From a virus: 64,000 nucleotides of DNA. Shown piece by piece: positions 40,241-51,608 of the stretch (its first letter is position 1; each line of letters opens with the position of its first letter). The stretch is taken from positions 13,917 to 77,916 of IMG/VR virus record IMGVR_UViG_3300045988_065173; one strand, given 5' to 3'. The translations under genes and the position numbers were made by a program. A model generated the notes under the pieces. It made no database searches, was not told the DNA's origin, and worked only from the letters and a program-made list of their open reading frames with translations.

Positions 40241-40774
40241 AGAGCTTTTTGCTGAATCCTCCCTACTTTGTAGGCAATAGTAATCCAGCATCATTCTTGG
40301 AAGATGTGAGGAAGAGAGTAGCCAAGACGTTAGCTAGCAACGTAGTACGCAATAATGGAATAGAAACGGCTAGTATCCATATCGTAATTCATTAGTTAGG
40401 TCTTTAACTGGTAAAGAGTTTACCACCGAGAAATCGGGCTTATTAAGAATTAGAAACTTACCTAATGAAAGATTACGCTGTTAATAATTTCAGTAATAAA
40501 TTATTCGTCTCAAGTAATAGACGTTAAATGATTGCTTAGCAGATTTGCTTGTTACTGGATTGGATAATTTTATTGTTCAGCTAAAAACAAGGAACTAATA
40601 CAGTTGTAGGGAAGCAAATGTGTATTAGCAGCTCGGCACTGAGCTATACGGTTACGTAACAATTCCGTATGATGTGCATCCCCATTACGCTATTCTTAAA
40701 ATTGTTACTGTGAGAAACTTAGGAGGGTTTTGAGGAGAGTAGTAATAGTTGTATATTTATATAGTTATGGTTCG

Positions 40775-40815
40775 GAAAGGCAGTCGAAAGACATCTCCTT
40801 GCCTTTCTTTTTATG
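40775..40815 (+). terminator. rho-independent terminator
   Basis: ggAAAGGCAgtcgaaagacatctccTTGCCTTTCTTTTTA. Confidence 0.4.
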
Positions 40816-41332
40816 ATTTAAATATATGCATCAGTGTGAATATTGCTGTTGGTATTACAATGGAAATTGTGATTGTCCATATGTAATGAAGAAACAAGCG
40901 TGTGAAAACGCTTTGAAAACTAAAGAGAGAAATGAAAGACCTATTAGAAAAGTACAAAATGTTTCAAACTCCGAAACTAGCTAATGAGATTTCATGGAAA
41001 GACATGAAAGAATTTAACTCTTATATGAAAGAAGTAGTTCGTGATTATAAGATTAAACAGGCTAAATCAATTCAGAGTGCTAGAAACGTAATAATATCCT
41101 GACCTGGCAAGGTAAAAATCCATTCGGGGTTTAAGTTGAAGCCAGTCCCTGCGGAATCATAAAGACCTTTTCTGACACGAGAACCGATGAACTGAGAGAG
41201 TAGTATGGTTGCGGACTTATGCTACTAGAACATGATTCAAACAAAAAAAACTTATCTGGTGTTGTTAAGTTATGGAATCTTAACAGTGGAAATTTATGGG
41301 TATGTCACCAATTAAAAAGAAAATCCCAAAAA

Positions 41333-41405
41333 TGGGCCGTTAGCTCAAATGGCTAGAGCGCTGGTTTTGCACACCGGAAGATAGGGTTCGAGTCCCTGCG
41401 TGTCC
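41333..41405 (+). tRNA. tRNA-Ala(TGC)-like (acceptor stem pairs poorly)
   Basis: Anticodon loop uuUGCac on a CTGGT/ACCGG stem, with canonical D and T arms. Only 4 of 7 acceptor pairs. Confidence 0.45.
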
Positions 41406-41426
41406 ACAAACTTTATTTAAAGAATT

Positions 41427-41612
41427 ATGAAAGTATATGTAGTTGTAGTAAATTATCACCCAGCTAATGCTCCTCAAAATTACGAAACTGATTGTCAAAT
41501 CTTTTTAGATAGGAAACAGGCAGAGAAGTATAAGGAGGCTAAGGAAAAAGAGTTTCCCATTAGATGGGGAGGGGAGTATAATCATTGTAAACTAATTAAA
41601 AAGCATTTGTAA
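41427..41612 (+). CDS. small hypothetical protein
   Basis: 61-aa ORF. Confidence 0.4.
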   Translation: MKVYVVVVNYHPANAPQNYETDCQIFLDRKQAEKYKEAKEKEFPIRWGGEYNHCKLIKKHL

Positions 41613-41617
41613 TATCG

Positions 41618-41690
41618 CGGGATGATAGCAGAGGTAGCTAGTCAGGCTCATAACCTGAAGGTCGTCGGTTCGAATCCGAGTGGGGGATCT
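41618..41690 (+). other. tRNA-like element with CAU anticodon loop (cuCAUaa, TCAGG/CCTGA stem), canonical D-arm and T-loop but no pairable acceptor
   Basis: gcgggatgaTAGCagaggtaGCTAgTCAGGctcataaCCTGAaggtcgtcggttcgaatccgagtgggggat. Confidence 0.25.
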
Positions 41691-41711
41691 ATTATTAATT
41701 AGATTAATTAT

Positions 41712-42383
41712 ATGACTAGATTAGAAAAGTATTTATTAGCGACAGCTTCTGAGATTATCGAAGCTGAAACCACTGTTTCTCGTTATTTTGTTATAGGTAA
41801 TGTAAAAATACGAGTATCAGACCATTGGAGTAAAAATAGTGATGCAGATTTGCACGTTCTTGTTCCTTATAATGGAGGAACTAAGTATATAGTAACTACT
41901 AAAGATAGTCCTGGAAAATTTCTAGTTTGGAACGCTAACCAAATCAAGGATTTTATTCCGTCATTGCAAATAATGAAAGGACTTAAAGAGTCTGTTACTT
42001 CTGCACCAAAACCGAAAGATTCTGCTGTACAGAAGATTCAACTGGCTTTAAATAATACAAATCCAGATACAAATTCCTTAGAATTTGATGGAAATATTAT
42101 TGAATCCAGATTGAAGGAGAAAAATCTTACTGCAAAGCAGAGAGAAGTATTAAGAAGAGCTAAATCAACTTGGGATATTTCTCAGATTGGAACATTGCCT
42201 AGCATGGTAAAAGTAGACCTAGGACTAAGTAATGGTTCTATAAATGAGGATGTCCAGATTTTCTTAACTTGTACTTCATTGACTTACAATGAGTTTTTGA
42301 ACATTTACAAAATAATTGTTGTAGATAATCATAAGACTCCAACTATTAAATTACTGCAAGAGGCTTATAGTCTTATTGCGTAA
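41712..42383 (+). CDS. hypothetical protein
   Basis: 223-aa ORF. Confidence 0.55.
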   Translation: MTRLEKYLLATASEIIEAETTVSRYFVIGNVKIRVSDHWSKNSDADLHVLVPYNGGTKYIVTTKDSPGKFLVWNANQIKDFIPSLQIMKGLKESVTSAPKPKDSAVQKIQLALNNTNPDTNSLEFDGNIIESRLKEKNLTAKQREVLRRAKSTWDISQIGTLPSMVKVDLGLSNGSINEDVQIFLTCTSLTYNEFLNIYKIIVVDNHKTPTIKLLQEAYSLIA

Positions 42384-42390
42384 TCTGGAT

Positions 42391-42462
42391 AGCGCCATCA
42401 TCTAAGGGTTAGGATACAAGATTTTCATTCTTGGCATACGGGTTCGAATCCCGTTGGCGTTA
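42391..42462 (+). tRNA. tRNA-Glu(TTC)
   Basis: Anticodon loop uuUUCau. Confidence 0.7.
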
Positions 42463-42513
42463 CTATGTACCCCAGCAGCGAAAGTTGTTGGGGTATTTTT
42501 TGTTTAATTTAAT

Positions 42514-42840
42514 TTGTGTTTAATGCGAAAAACATTTGAATTTGTAAAAGTGGGAGGAGTCTGGTTTTATTGGTGGCCAGATTTCGATGGAGACCCAGGA
42601 GAGCTAGCTATGGTTGGCGGGGCTGACGATCTTCTTGATTCTCTTGATGATAGATTTGTTAGGTTGCAGATGGTTGATCCTCCTGTAGCTAAGATTGTTC
42701 TATCTAAGATTGAAGAAGATGAGAATGGAGCTACTTACTTGTGTAAGAGTAAGAACTATAACGATAGAGTTTGGATTTGTCCGGTAACTCTACTAGTATT
42801 TAACGAATATCCTCAAAATATTTACTTGTCTGAATTATAA
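42514..42840 (+). CDS. hypothetical protein
   Basis: 108-aa ORF. Confidence 0.5.
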   Translation: MCLMRKTFEFVKVGGVWFYWWPDFDGDPGELAMVGGADDLLDSLDDRFVRLQMVDPPVAKIVLSKIEEDENGATYLCKSKNYNDRVWICPVTLLVFNEYPQNIYLSEL

Positions 42841-43292
42841 TGAAAACATTAGATGAAATCGTAAACAATTACAAAGAATGGTCTGTATTTCTTGACGATA
42901 GATTTGGAGTTAGGTTAGCTCAATTTCTGACACAGGAACAGTTAGAGAAAATAGGTTTTAAGTGGAATAGCGATGAACCTTATCCCGAACCCAAAGAGTG
43001 GACTAGAGAGAATGTTCTTTCCCAACTTAAAGAAGATGTAGAGTTCGGATTTGAAAAAGCCCTTGACAAGAGAGGTATTTCTGCAAGTCTGATGTTTGCT
43101 GTAGTTCTTAGATGGAATAGAGTTCTTGAGGAAGGCTTGGAGGATTATCCAGAGGATAACTATGCTATGTATGGATTGCCATTATTTAAGGCTACTGCGG
43201 AAAAGTATGGCTGGGAGAATCCTATCGGAGACGATAGTGGAAGCGAGGACTATTATAACGAAGAGTATGATGAAGGATTGTACTGCGATTAA
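42840..43292 (+). CDS. hypothetical acidic protein
   Basis: 150-aa ORF. Confidence 0.5.
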   Translation: MKTLDEIVNNYKEWSVFLDDRFGVRLAQFLTQEQLEKIGFKWNSDEPYPEPKEWTRENVLSQLKEDVEFGFEKALDKRGISASLMFAVVLRWNRVLEEGLEDYPEDNYAMYGLPLFKATAEKYGWENPIGDDSGSEDYYNEEYDEGLYCD

Positions 43293-43615
43293 AGTCATTG
43301 CTGAAGCTCTGGAAGAATACGAGAATAATTTCAACCATAAGATAAGTATCTTAGAAAGTAAAATTATCTTTTATGAAAAGGAGAGGAAAGCTATTATAAG
43401 ACATCTTAAGGAAGGGAATATAGAATTATTAAAGAGTTATTTTGGAATTGAAAAATGAAGGAATACTACCTGATTAAGTGCAGAAATAATATCCCATTCA
43501 TTATAGGTCAGTATGATACCGAAGAAGATGCCAGGAAGGCGAAGAATCGTGAGAATCCTAATTCCGAGCTTATGATAGTAGTTAACATAGAAAAGGATAA
43601 GCCTGAGAAAACATC

Positions 43616-43912
43616 ATGATTACTAAGATTTCATACAATAAGGACTTATTAGGAAATGAAGTTAGGGGTACAAATACCTCCTACTGGGGTATATCAGCTC
43701 TACAGGCAGGCCACGATGACATCTGCCAAGATATTTCAAAGTATTTATTTAGAGACTGTGTGGTAGATAGTGGACATAAAGGGATAATTATAGGGTTCGA
43801 AGATAATAACCAATTCTTTGATTACTATTATATAGTCTATGTCCCAGAACTTGATAAAGTTGTTTATCAATTATGCAATGATGCAAGATTTATTAATTCT
43901 ATTGAGATATGA
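43616..43912 (+). CDS. hypothetical protein
   Basis: 98-aa ORF. Confidence 0.45.
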   Translation: MITKISYNKDLLGNEVRGTNTSYWGISALQAGHDDICQDISKYLFRDCVVDSGHKGIIIGFEDNNQFFDYYYIVYVPELDKVVYQLCNDARFINSIEI

Positions 43913-44406
43913 AAAAGAGAGTTTTAATTATTTTAATGATTAGTATTGTATTCGGATTTGCAACTGGTTATTCCTTGCACCACTGGATACATTCTGCGAG
44001 GTTTCTAGAGGAGAAAATTATGCTGATGCCGGAACATCCATTCTATTTGATGGAGGAGGTGAATGAGGAAGTATTATATAATACCCTTAAACACTATGAT
44101 TTCCCAAGCCCTGCTATTATAACAGCTCAAGCTGTTCTAGAATCTGGTAACTTCAAGTCTAAACTTTGTAAGGACAACAATAATTTGTTCGGATTGTATA
44201 ATTCAAGAACGATGTCCTATTTCAAGTTTGACAGTTGGATAAGCTGTGTATTTGCTTATAAGCAATTTATTCTAAGTAGGTACGATCCAGAAGAGGACTA
44301 TTATAGATTCCTGGATAGAATTGGATATGCCGAAGATTCTCTATATGAGAGTAAAGTTAAAGAATTAGAGTTAGATATTATTAACAAGTATGGAAGTTCA
44401 GATTGA
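43909..44406 (+). CDS. peptidoglycan hydrolase (glucosaminidase/FlgJ-type domain) with N-terminal membrane anchor; probable endolysin
   Basis: AQAVLESGNFKSKLCKDNNNLFGLY matches the glucosaminidase-domain core. An N-terminal hydrophobic helix is present. Confidence 0.6.
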   Translation: MKKRVLIILMISIVFGFATGYSLHHWIHSARFLEEKIMLMPEHPFYLMEEVNEEVLYNTLKHYDFPSPAIITAQAVLESGNFKSKLCKDNNNLFGLYNSRTMSYFKFDSWISCVFAYKQFILSRYDPEEDYYRFLDRIGYAEDSLYESKVKELELDIINKYGSSD

Positions 44407-44622
44407 AAAAGCTATTAAGCTTAGAGAACAAGCTAACTTTAAGATTTTAACTAGACTAGCTCAAATCATAGAATGTAGTCCACATTTGCGATTCCAGCAA
44501 ATATTATCTAATTACAAAGTCTGTGAATTAGGTAAGGACAAATTCTATGAGGAGAGTATAGAAACTCTTAGGAATTTAGAGGGAGAAATGAACAAAAAGT
44601 TGAACACTTAATAGATTTAAAA

Positions 44623-46638
44623 ATGGAATTTAAGAATTTTAAGAAAGATGTAGAAGCTGCTTTCAACAATATGATTGCAGAAAACCTGTTTGTTGCTAAT
44701 GTTGATAAAGACCTCCTTTGGATGGGCTACCTTCTGTCGTTTGAGGACGAAACTGTTAGACAAGACCATAACTGCAATGCTTGTAAATCTTTTATCCGGC
44801 ATTATGGTAAAGTTGTAGCGATTGACCCTCAAACTTATAAGATTAAAACATTCTGGGATGATGTGCATACTCCTGGATATGAGAAAACAGCACAGGCTTT
44901 AGCTAAATTAGTTAAGGAAGCTGGAATAGGAGACGTCTTTATTCAAGATGTGAATGAATTTCATGGTTGTGACCATAATGTTCAATTGCTTCCTGATGGA
45001 ACAACCAGGACTTGGACGCATCTGTACGTAACTATTCCGAATAGCTTCAAATTCAACAGGCGAGTTCATGGTTTTGACTCTGCTGCCGGTTACAGGGGAG
45101 ATGTCAGAGCAAGAGCTGGGGTATTTGAACGCTCTATCAGCGAGCTTAAGCTGGAGGCAGTTGAAACTGTTATTGAGCTTATAGAAGGAAACAATCTCTA
45201 TAGAGGTGCGGAGTTCTTGAAGAGTTTGGAGGAATTTAGAAGAACACTAGTTACTGCTCAAACTCTGAGTCCAGAAGTAAGAACTAACTATTGCTGGTTA
45301 AACTTTAAGTCTCCTATAGCTAAGATTAGAAATACGGCTATGGGAACTTTACTTATTGACCTAAGCAATGGTGTAGATCTGGAGAAAGCCGTAAGAGCGT
45401 ATGAAAACATCATGGCTCCTGCTAATTATAAGAGACCTACTGCTCTTATTACTAAGAAACAAATTGAAGCCGCTCAGAAGAAGGTAGAAGAGCTAGGTCT
45501 TACTGATGCACTTCCTCGTCGTCATGCTCATGTGGAAGATATTTCTGTGAATGATGTTCTATTCGTAAATAGAGATACTAGAGCAAAGATGAAGGGAGGA
45601 ATGTTTGATATGCTCTCTGAGACTTCTACAGTAAATCCAAAAGAGTTTACCAAAGCCCAAGAGGTTTCTGCTGATGCCTTTGTCAAGAATATACTTCCTG
45701 GAGCTAAGGAGGTTTCTATCTTGGTAGAGAACAGACACATTCCCAACTTTGTTACTCTGACTGCTCCTGAGAATCCGGATGCTGGACAGTTGTTTAAGTG
45801 GAATAACAACTTTGCTTGGGTTTATAATGGTTCTGTAGCTGATTCTTTCAAGGAGAAGGTAAAGGCTGCTGGTGGAAATGTAGACGGCTTCATGAGATGC
45901 TCTCTTCACTGGTTTAACTATGATGACCTGGACCTTCATGTAACCGAGCCTAGTGGAAGAGAAATCTATTTTGGAAGTAAAACTGGTCATACTGGAGGGA
46001 CTCTTGATGTTGACATGAACGCAGGCTCTGGAAAAACTAGAGATGCTGTTGAGAACATCATATGGACAGACCCTAGCAGACTAAGACCGGGAGATTATGT
46101 GGTAAGAGTGCACAACTTCAATAAGAGAGAAAGTATTGATTTTGGTTTCGAAATGGAAATTGAGATTAATGGAGAACTTCACAAATTCCAGTATGGAAAA
46201 GTAGTTCCGAACGATGAATATGTTGAAGTTGCTCGTATCCATGTTGATGGACAAAGAAACATTTCCATGACTCCTACCATTAAAGAGGGTTCTACATCGT
46301 TCAAATCTATTAACGAGTGGGGAATTGATACAATGAAATTCCAGAAGGTTTCTTGTATTATGTTCTCTCCTAACCATTGGGAAGGCAATGCTATAGGAAA
46401 CAAGCATCTGTTCTTTATGATAGACGGATGTAAGAATCCAGATCCTGTTAGAGGTTTCTTTAATGAATATCTGAGAGCTGACCTTGAAAAGGAGCATAAA
46501 AGAGTGTTTGAAGCTCTTGGTTCTAGAGCAAAAGCTGAGTACAGTGATGACCAGTTAAGTGGATTGGGATTTTCTAGCACATCACACAATGATGTTGTTG
46601 TAAAAGTTGATAATAAATCATTTAAAATTATTTTCTAA
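44623..46638 (+). CDS. large hypothetical protein (671 aa)
   Basis: Long intact ORF. No family recognised by eye. Confidence 0.55.
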   Translation: MEFKNFKKDVEAAFNNMIAENLFVANVDKDLLWMGYLLSFEDETVRQDHNCNACKSFIRHYGKVVAIDPQTYKIKTFWDDVHTPGYEKTAQALAKLVKEAGIGDVFIQDVNEFHGCDHNVQLLPDGTTRTWTHLYVTIPNSFKFNRRVHGFDSAAGYRGDVRARAGVFERSISELKLEAVETVIELIEGNNLYRGAEFLKSLEEFRRTLVTAQTLSPEVRTNYCWLNFKSPIAKIRNTAMGTLLIDLSNGVDLEKAVRAYENIMAPANYKRPTALITKKQIEAAQKKVEELGLTDALPRRHAHVEDISVNDVLFVNRDTRAKMKGGMFDMLSETSTVNPKEFTKAQEVSADAFVKNILPGAKEVSILVENRHIPNFVTLTAPENPDAGQLFKWNNNFAWVYNGSVADSFKEKVKAAGGNVDGFMRCSLHWFNYDDLDLHVTEPSGREIYFGSKTGHTGGTLDVDMNAGSGKTRDAVENIIWTDPSRLRPGDYVVRVHNFNKRESIDFGFEMEIEINGELHKFQYGKVVPNDEYVEVARIHVDGQRNISMTPTIKEGSTSFKSINEWGIDTMKFQKVSCIMFSPNHWEGNAIGNKHLFFMIDGCKNPDPVRGFFNEYLRADLEKEHKRVFEALGSRAKAEYSDDQLSGLGFSSTSHNDVVVKVDNKSFKIIF

Positions 46639-46640
46639 TT

Positions 46641-47015
46641 ATGTTTAAACAAGCATCAAAAATGAAGTTGCGTTTCGCAACTAGTAAAGGTAATCTGAGT
46701 GTAGAAGATTTGTGGGACTTGAGCCTGCCAGTATTGGATAAATTAGCTGTTTCTTATGATGAGGAACTAGCTAAAAGTCCAAGAAAGTCTTTCATAACTA
46801 ATGATACTCCTAGCAATACCGAACTTGAATTGAAGTTCAATATTGTGAAGGAGATTATAACGGATAAACTAAAAGAGAAGGCTGACAGAGAGACAGCTAA
46901 GAATAAGGCTGCTGAGAAAGCTCGCTTAACGGAACTGTTAGCTAAGAAACAATCTGAGAAGTTAGAAAGCTTGTCCGAAGATGAAATCAAACGGAGACTC
47001 GCCGAACTCGGGTAA
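46641..47015 (+). CDS. hypothetical protein
   Basis: 124-aa ORF. Confidence 0.5.
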   Translation: MFKQASKMKLRFATSKGNLSVEDLWDLSLPVLDKLAVSYDEELAKSPRKSFITNDTPSNTELELKFNIVKEIITDKLKEKADRETAKNKAAEKARLTELLAKKQSEKLESLSEDEIKRRLAELG

Positions 47016-47478
47016 GTGTGTAGTATTAAAGACTGTTAGTCCACAAATCTTAGACAAACTGAGAGAAAGCGGATTAACAGTTTGTATTTGTTGTGAGTTT
47101 GAAGGGACAGCCTGGTTGGTATTTAGACCTGGCTTGCCCTTTGATGTTCATGGAGAGGGTTACGATTCTGAAGAGCTTGGGTTAATTGGTATAGAATCTA
47201 ATCTAAGATACTTTGAAAAAGTTACTCCAAACTATATTGATTGTGGAACTGATGTTGATAAGTTTATTAACACCTGTCTACAATTTAAGTAAGTTAACAG
47301 TTTTTAACTTTGAATTTAACAATTCGGAGACTAATCTAGTAAGAAGATTAGAAAAATGATACTTTAGGTTATCTCTCGGTAGCGGTTCGTGAGAATAGAA
47401 AATTTACAATTACTCTGTCCAAATTGTCATGCTTTTACTGATAATTACCGTGGCAAGAACATAAGTAAATAAAAGGAT

Positions 47479-47573
47479 GGCGCAGTGTCGGAACTGGTAT
47501 ACGAAACGCACTTAAAATGCGTTGCCCTTTATGGGATTGAGGGTTCGACTCCCTTCTGCGTCACTGCAGTTAA
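47479..47573 (+). tRNA. tRNA-Leu(TAA), type II
   Basis: Anticodon loop cuUAAaa, long variable arm, acceptor ggcgcag/ctgcgtc. Confidence 0.75.
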
Positions 47574-47591
47574 TATTTAAAGAATATAAAA

Positions 47592-48506
47592 ATGAAAGAA
47601 AGTGTATTTTTTGGAAACGAAGGATTGACTTCTACATCTGCTAACTATTATGCTAATGTTGCGCAGGAAATGATTCAGGCTGCTACTGAGCGTCTGAATA
47701 GTGTGAAGTTCTATCAAGTATCTGTAGCCTCTATAGGAGGTGGAGAGAAGCAATTAATGACAGTAGGTCAAACTTCTCTAGACTTTATTAAGGACGACTT
47801 AGAAAAGTCAGCGGAAATGAATAGCTTCTGTGCTTGGGTGCGGGAGGCTATTAAGAAAAAGGAGGAATTGATTTCCTATACTGCTGCTTGCTCTATCGAA
47901 AAATGGGCTAGAGAAAACAATGTTGAAATTCCAGAACAACCTCAATATCCAGATTCACCTATTAAGGCGGACGAAAAAGAGGTAATGGATTCATGGGATG
48001 CCAATAAGAGAAACAAGTACCTAAGACTTGAAGCATTTGCTTCTACTTATGGGAAATATATTCACCCAAAAGGAGCTTTTAGTAAAGCTAGAAAAGATGT
48101 TCATGCTGCTGAAAACTGCCCAATCTACAAGGAAGGAACTGGTAGAGACTTGATTCTCTATTACCAAGACCCGACTATTAAGGTAGAGGACGTCGATGCG
48201 ATGTTTATGTCTCTTCAAGATACGTATCGTTCTTATGAAAAAGAACTAAACGCTATGAAGGCAGAACTTAAAGAGACTGTAAATAAACTTGATATGACTA
48301 GAGAAAGGGAATATCAAGACAGGGTGGCAGAATTTAAGGCTAACTATGAGAGATATAATTCTAAAATGCAAGAGTTTAGAAGTCAGTTTAATAACTGGAG
48401 AACATCTGAACAGGAGAGAATCTCTCAACTAAAGATTACCTTGCCAACGAATCTTCTAGGAATTTTCGAAGAGATTAGGAAACAAGGCGATCCCTCCTCT
48501 AAGTAA
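47592..48506 (+). CDS. hypothetical protein
   Basis: 304-aa ORF. Confidence 0.55.
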   Translation: MKESVFFGNEGLTSTSANYYANVAQEMIQAATERLNSVKFYQVSVASIGGGEKQLMTVGQTSLDFIKDDLEKSAEMNSFCAWVREAIKKKEELISYTAACSIEKWARENNVEIPEQPQYPDSPIKADEKEVMDSWDANKRNKYLRLEAFASTYGKYIHPKGAFSKARKDVHAAENCPIYKEGTGRDLILYYQDPTIKVEDVDAMFMSLQDTYRSYEKELNAMKAELKETVNKLDMTREREYQDRVAEFKANYERYNSKMQEFRSQFNNWRTSEQERISQLKITLPTNLLGIFEEIRKQGDPSSK

Positions 48507-49150
48507 TTAGAGGAATTTTTTGTAGGAAGCTAACAATTTATATATACGTTAGGAATAATATATGAATCTTTATTTGGAAATCTAAGGATTTCTGACTTGC
48601 ACATTCGCTGGTCTCACAAAAATCTTGAAATTACTCTCTTATTGAGAGTCTTTGTCTTAGTCTTCGCTAGTGTGACCAGGTCTTTGACTTTGATTTCATC
48701 TTTGCCTGCGTGTTAGCTTCCTACTATAGCTCACCAACCAAGTTGTTGGAGGAGTTACGAAGCCCTGCTAAGGGTTTCAGCATTTGCTTCAGTTACAAGT
48801 AATCTTTAAACTTGGTGACTATTATCCCAAATTCTCAACAAGATGAAGAGGGAGGTTGGCCGACCTAATAACGGTACAAGCTCTTCGGAGTGATAGGAGT
48901 GGGGAAAGTATCTGAGAAGCACAGATACTGGAACCACTCTTTTTTTGATAGATAAAATGTTTAACTAATTAAAATTATTGAAAATGAAGAAGTTACTATT
49001 GCTTTTTGTGTTAGTTGCTGCTATGTCAGCTTGCACACACAAGACTCAACCGGCAACTGTAGTTGCAGAGGACTCTGTTGTAGTCGTTGAGAATGTTGTA
49101 GACACAACTGCTGTCGATTCTATAGTATCTAACGATAGTATTCAGTAAGT

Positions 49151-50199
49151 ATGGATTTCATCGCAACTAGAGTTAGTGAACTCCTAGAAAAGGTTTCACC
49201 CATTAGACGATGGCTTATTTCTGATGTTGCGAATGAATACTACCGTGAAGGTTATCAAGATGGTCAGAAGCTAGTCTATAGAAATGTATTGAAAGGTAAC
49301 GCATTGAAAGAGTTTATTGAAATTCTTAATCATTGCGGAATCAAATTGAGTTACAATCTGCGGAAAGGAGGTTTAATTGTCAGTGTGAGACCTGACAAAC
49401 TTCCCAATCTGCAACGTCTCGTTGAATGTTATAAAAATGAAAGTAAAGAAGACAAGAAATTTCAGTGATGCCCCACCTCTTGATGTTCAGTATAACTACA
49501 TCATGGAGAACTTTGACTTTGACAAGGTTCTAGAATATATGAGTTGGGACAAGAGTCATAGAACATATGACGATGATGGGAAATGTGTAGGAAAGTCTCC
49601 TTGGAGGATGTATATAAGTCCTGGAGAGTATAGAGTTCCATCTATTTCTGACCTAAGAACACTAGCTAGAGACTTACTTACGCAAGTAATAAGAAATTAT
49701 AGAAACAGTAAATCAACATTTGTTTCTATATCTACTGGACCATTTAAGGCTATGTGTAGATATGGTATGCTAGAGTTGGTTGGTGTTATAGAATCTTGGA
49801 GCGATGATTGAGTTCAATGAAGTGTTCTGTTTAGATTTAAAAGATGATTTTGAGGAATTAGGAAGGCATGAGAGAAATTTCGAGCTAGATGAGTTCATTC
49901 AGAAGGATTTGAGTAGAGCTTTTGCTTTTGGTTATTGTCACTTAGATTGGATAAAAGAAAAAATGTGGTTTCCAGTCTCTATTAGAAAAGCCTTGAGGCA
50001 TCTTGGGGATAACTTGGAAGACTTCATTCCACAAATTAAGTGGCTTAATGAGAAGTATGGAGCTGTAGGAAAGAGAGTTAGAATAAGTGATTATGCAAAC
50101 TATATTTTAGATAATATATTTTGTGATAATCAAGACGACCTGCTAAAGATAGCAATACTACTAGGAACTAATCTCAGGACTAATACTCAGAATGAGTAA
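49151..50199 (+). other. three consecutive small hypothetical genes (49151-49468, 49422-49811, 49804-50199)
   Basis: Intact overlapping ORFs of 105, 129 and 131 aa. Confidence 0.45.
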
Positions 50200-50653
50200 T
50201 TTAGAGGTCTTTACTGATGGAGCTTTTAGTTCATCTAGAAACACAGGAGGAGTAGGAGTTGTATTCGTAATTGATGGGAAAAAGTCCTATGAATTTAGCA
50301 AGATGATTCCAAATACTACTAACAACAAATGTGAGTTGTTAGCTGTAATATATGCTCTTAATGCAGTAAGTCGTAAGATAGAATCTCTTACCATCTATTC
50401 AGATTCTCAGTATGTCATAGGATGTGCTACAAAAGGATGGAAAAGAAAAAAGAATGTAGAGTTGTGGAACTTATATGACAAAGTCTTTGCTAAGGCAAGC
50501 CAGTTTTGTCCTGACATAAAATTTTGTTGGGTTAAAGGACACACTTCAAATTCCGATTTCTTTTCTGAAATGAACAATTTAGCAGATAAATTAGCAGTTG
50601 AAGCAAGTCAAGAATATGAAACTAAGAAAGAACAAAAACAAGAGACTCATTAA
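50192..50653 (+). CDS. rnhA: ribonuclease H (RNase HI)
   Basis: TDGA…NN.CELLAV..AL…IYSDSQYV…KGW…W…VKGH…N..AD.LA pattern. Confidence 0.75.
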   Translation: MSNLEVFTDGAFSSSRNTGGVGVVFVIDGKKSYEFSKMIPNTTNNKCELLAVIYALNAVSRKIESLTIYSDSQYVIGCATKGWKRKKNVELWNLYDKVFAKASQFCPDIKFCWVKGHTSNSDFFSEMNNLADKLAVEASQEYETKKEQKQETH

Positions 50654-51032
50654 AGAGGCTATGAAGTTCTATCCGTTTGATTATGGTTTTGTTCTCTCCC
50701 TAGAGAAACAAGCTTTAGTTAGAATGTATGAATACTTCAAGGTATCTAGAATTGCTGAAGGTAATGAAGTTGTTGAAAAGAATCTAAAACTCGCACTAGA
50801 ACTTTTAGATATTGTTCTAGAGATAGATTCTGCCTATCATTGCGATTTCAGACCTGGGTCTGAAGGATTTGTAGATAGGCACATAAACATTAAGAACTGG
50901 AAGCGATTCTGTCCTAAAGCTGCTGATCTTGATTTGGGTAAACCTATTCTTCAAGACCATTTGAGAAGAGAAAAAGCCTGGTACTTGTACAATAAACTTA
51001 GGTTTGAACGTATGAGAACTTGGTGGGATTAA
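50598..51032 (+). CDS. hypothetical protein
   Basis: 144-aa ORF. Confidence 0.45.
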   Translation: MKQVKNMKLRKNKNKRLIKEAMKFYPFDYGFVLSLEKQALVRMYEYFKVSRIAEGNEVVEKNLKLALELLDIVLEIDSAYHCDFRPGSEGFVDRHINIKNWKRFCPKAADLDLGKPILQDHLRREKAWYLYNKLRFERMRTWWD

Positions 51033-51608
51033 TTTAATTAATTTAATTATGAAGAAGGCTCTGATTAGCTACGGTGCTCCAGAGGATAAATTGGTTGTTA
51101 AGGGATGTGGAATTACCACTGAATTTGGAGATAATGAATTTAATCGTATTGTAATAATTTCTGAACAATGAAATATAAGAAAAAAGTAGCTTGGTTAAAA
51201 GCAAAGCAGGCGTGGTGGGATAAACAAGGAGAAGACTTTCAGGCTGCAACTACCAGACCTGGGTCTATTAAAACTCGATAAATCATGGTTGCATTTATAA
51301 TTGTGTGCGTAATGTTTGCCGCGTATATTTATTATGACCCGTATGTAGATATTACAGAGGATAATGTACTACTATGGTATAATAAAAGTGGCAATAGAGA
51401 ATATATTATTCTATGGTCGAGAAAAACTTAATTAAGGCATTTGTTGCCGTTCTATTAATCGTTGTAATTTACAACGTCAGCTTATGGTTATTATCCGAAT
51501 CATTGTATGCTGCAAATATCTTGGGGTTGTTACTATTACTAGTGGCAATCCCAAGTTTAGTTTATAGGATATTCAAATATATTAAGAAACATTATTTAAA
51601 TAAGGAAA

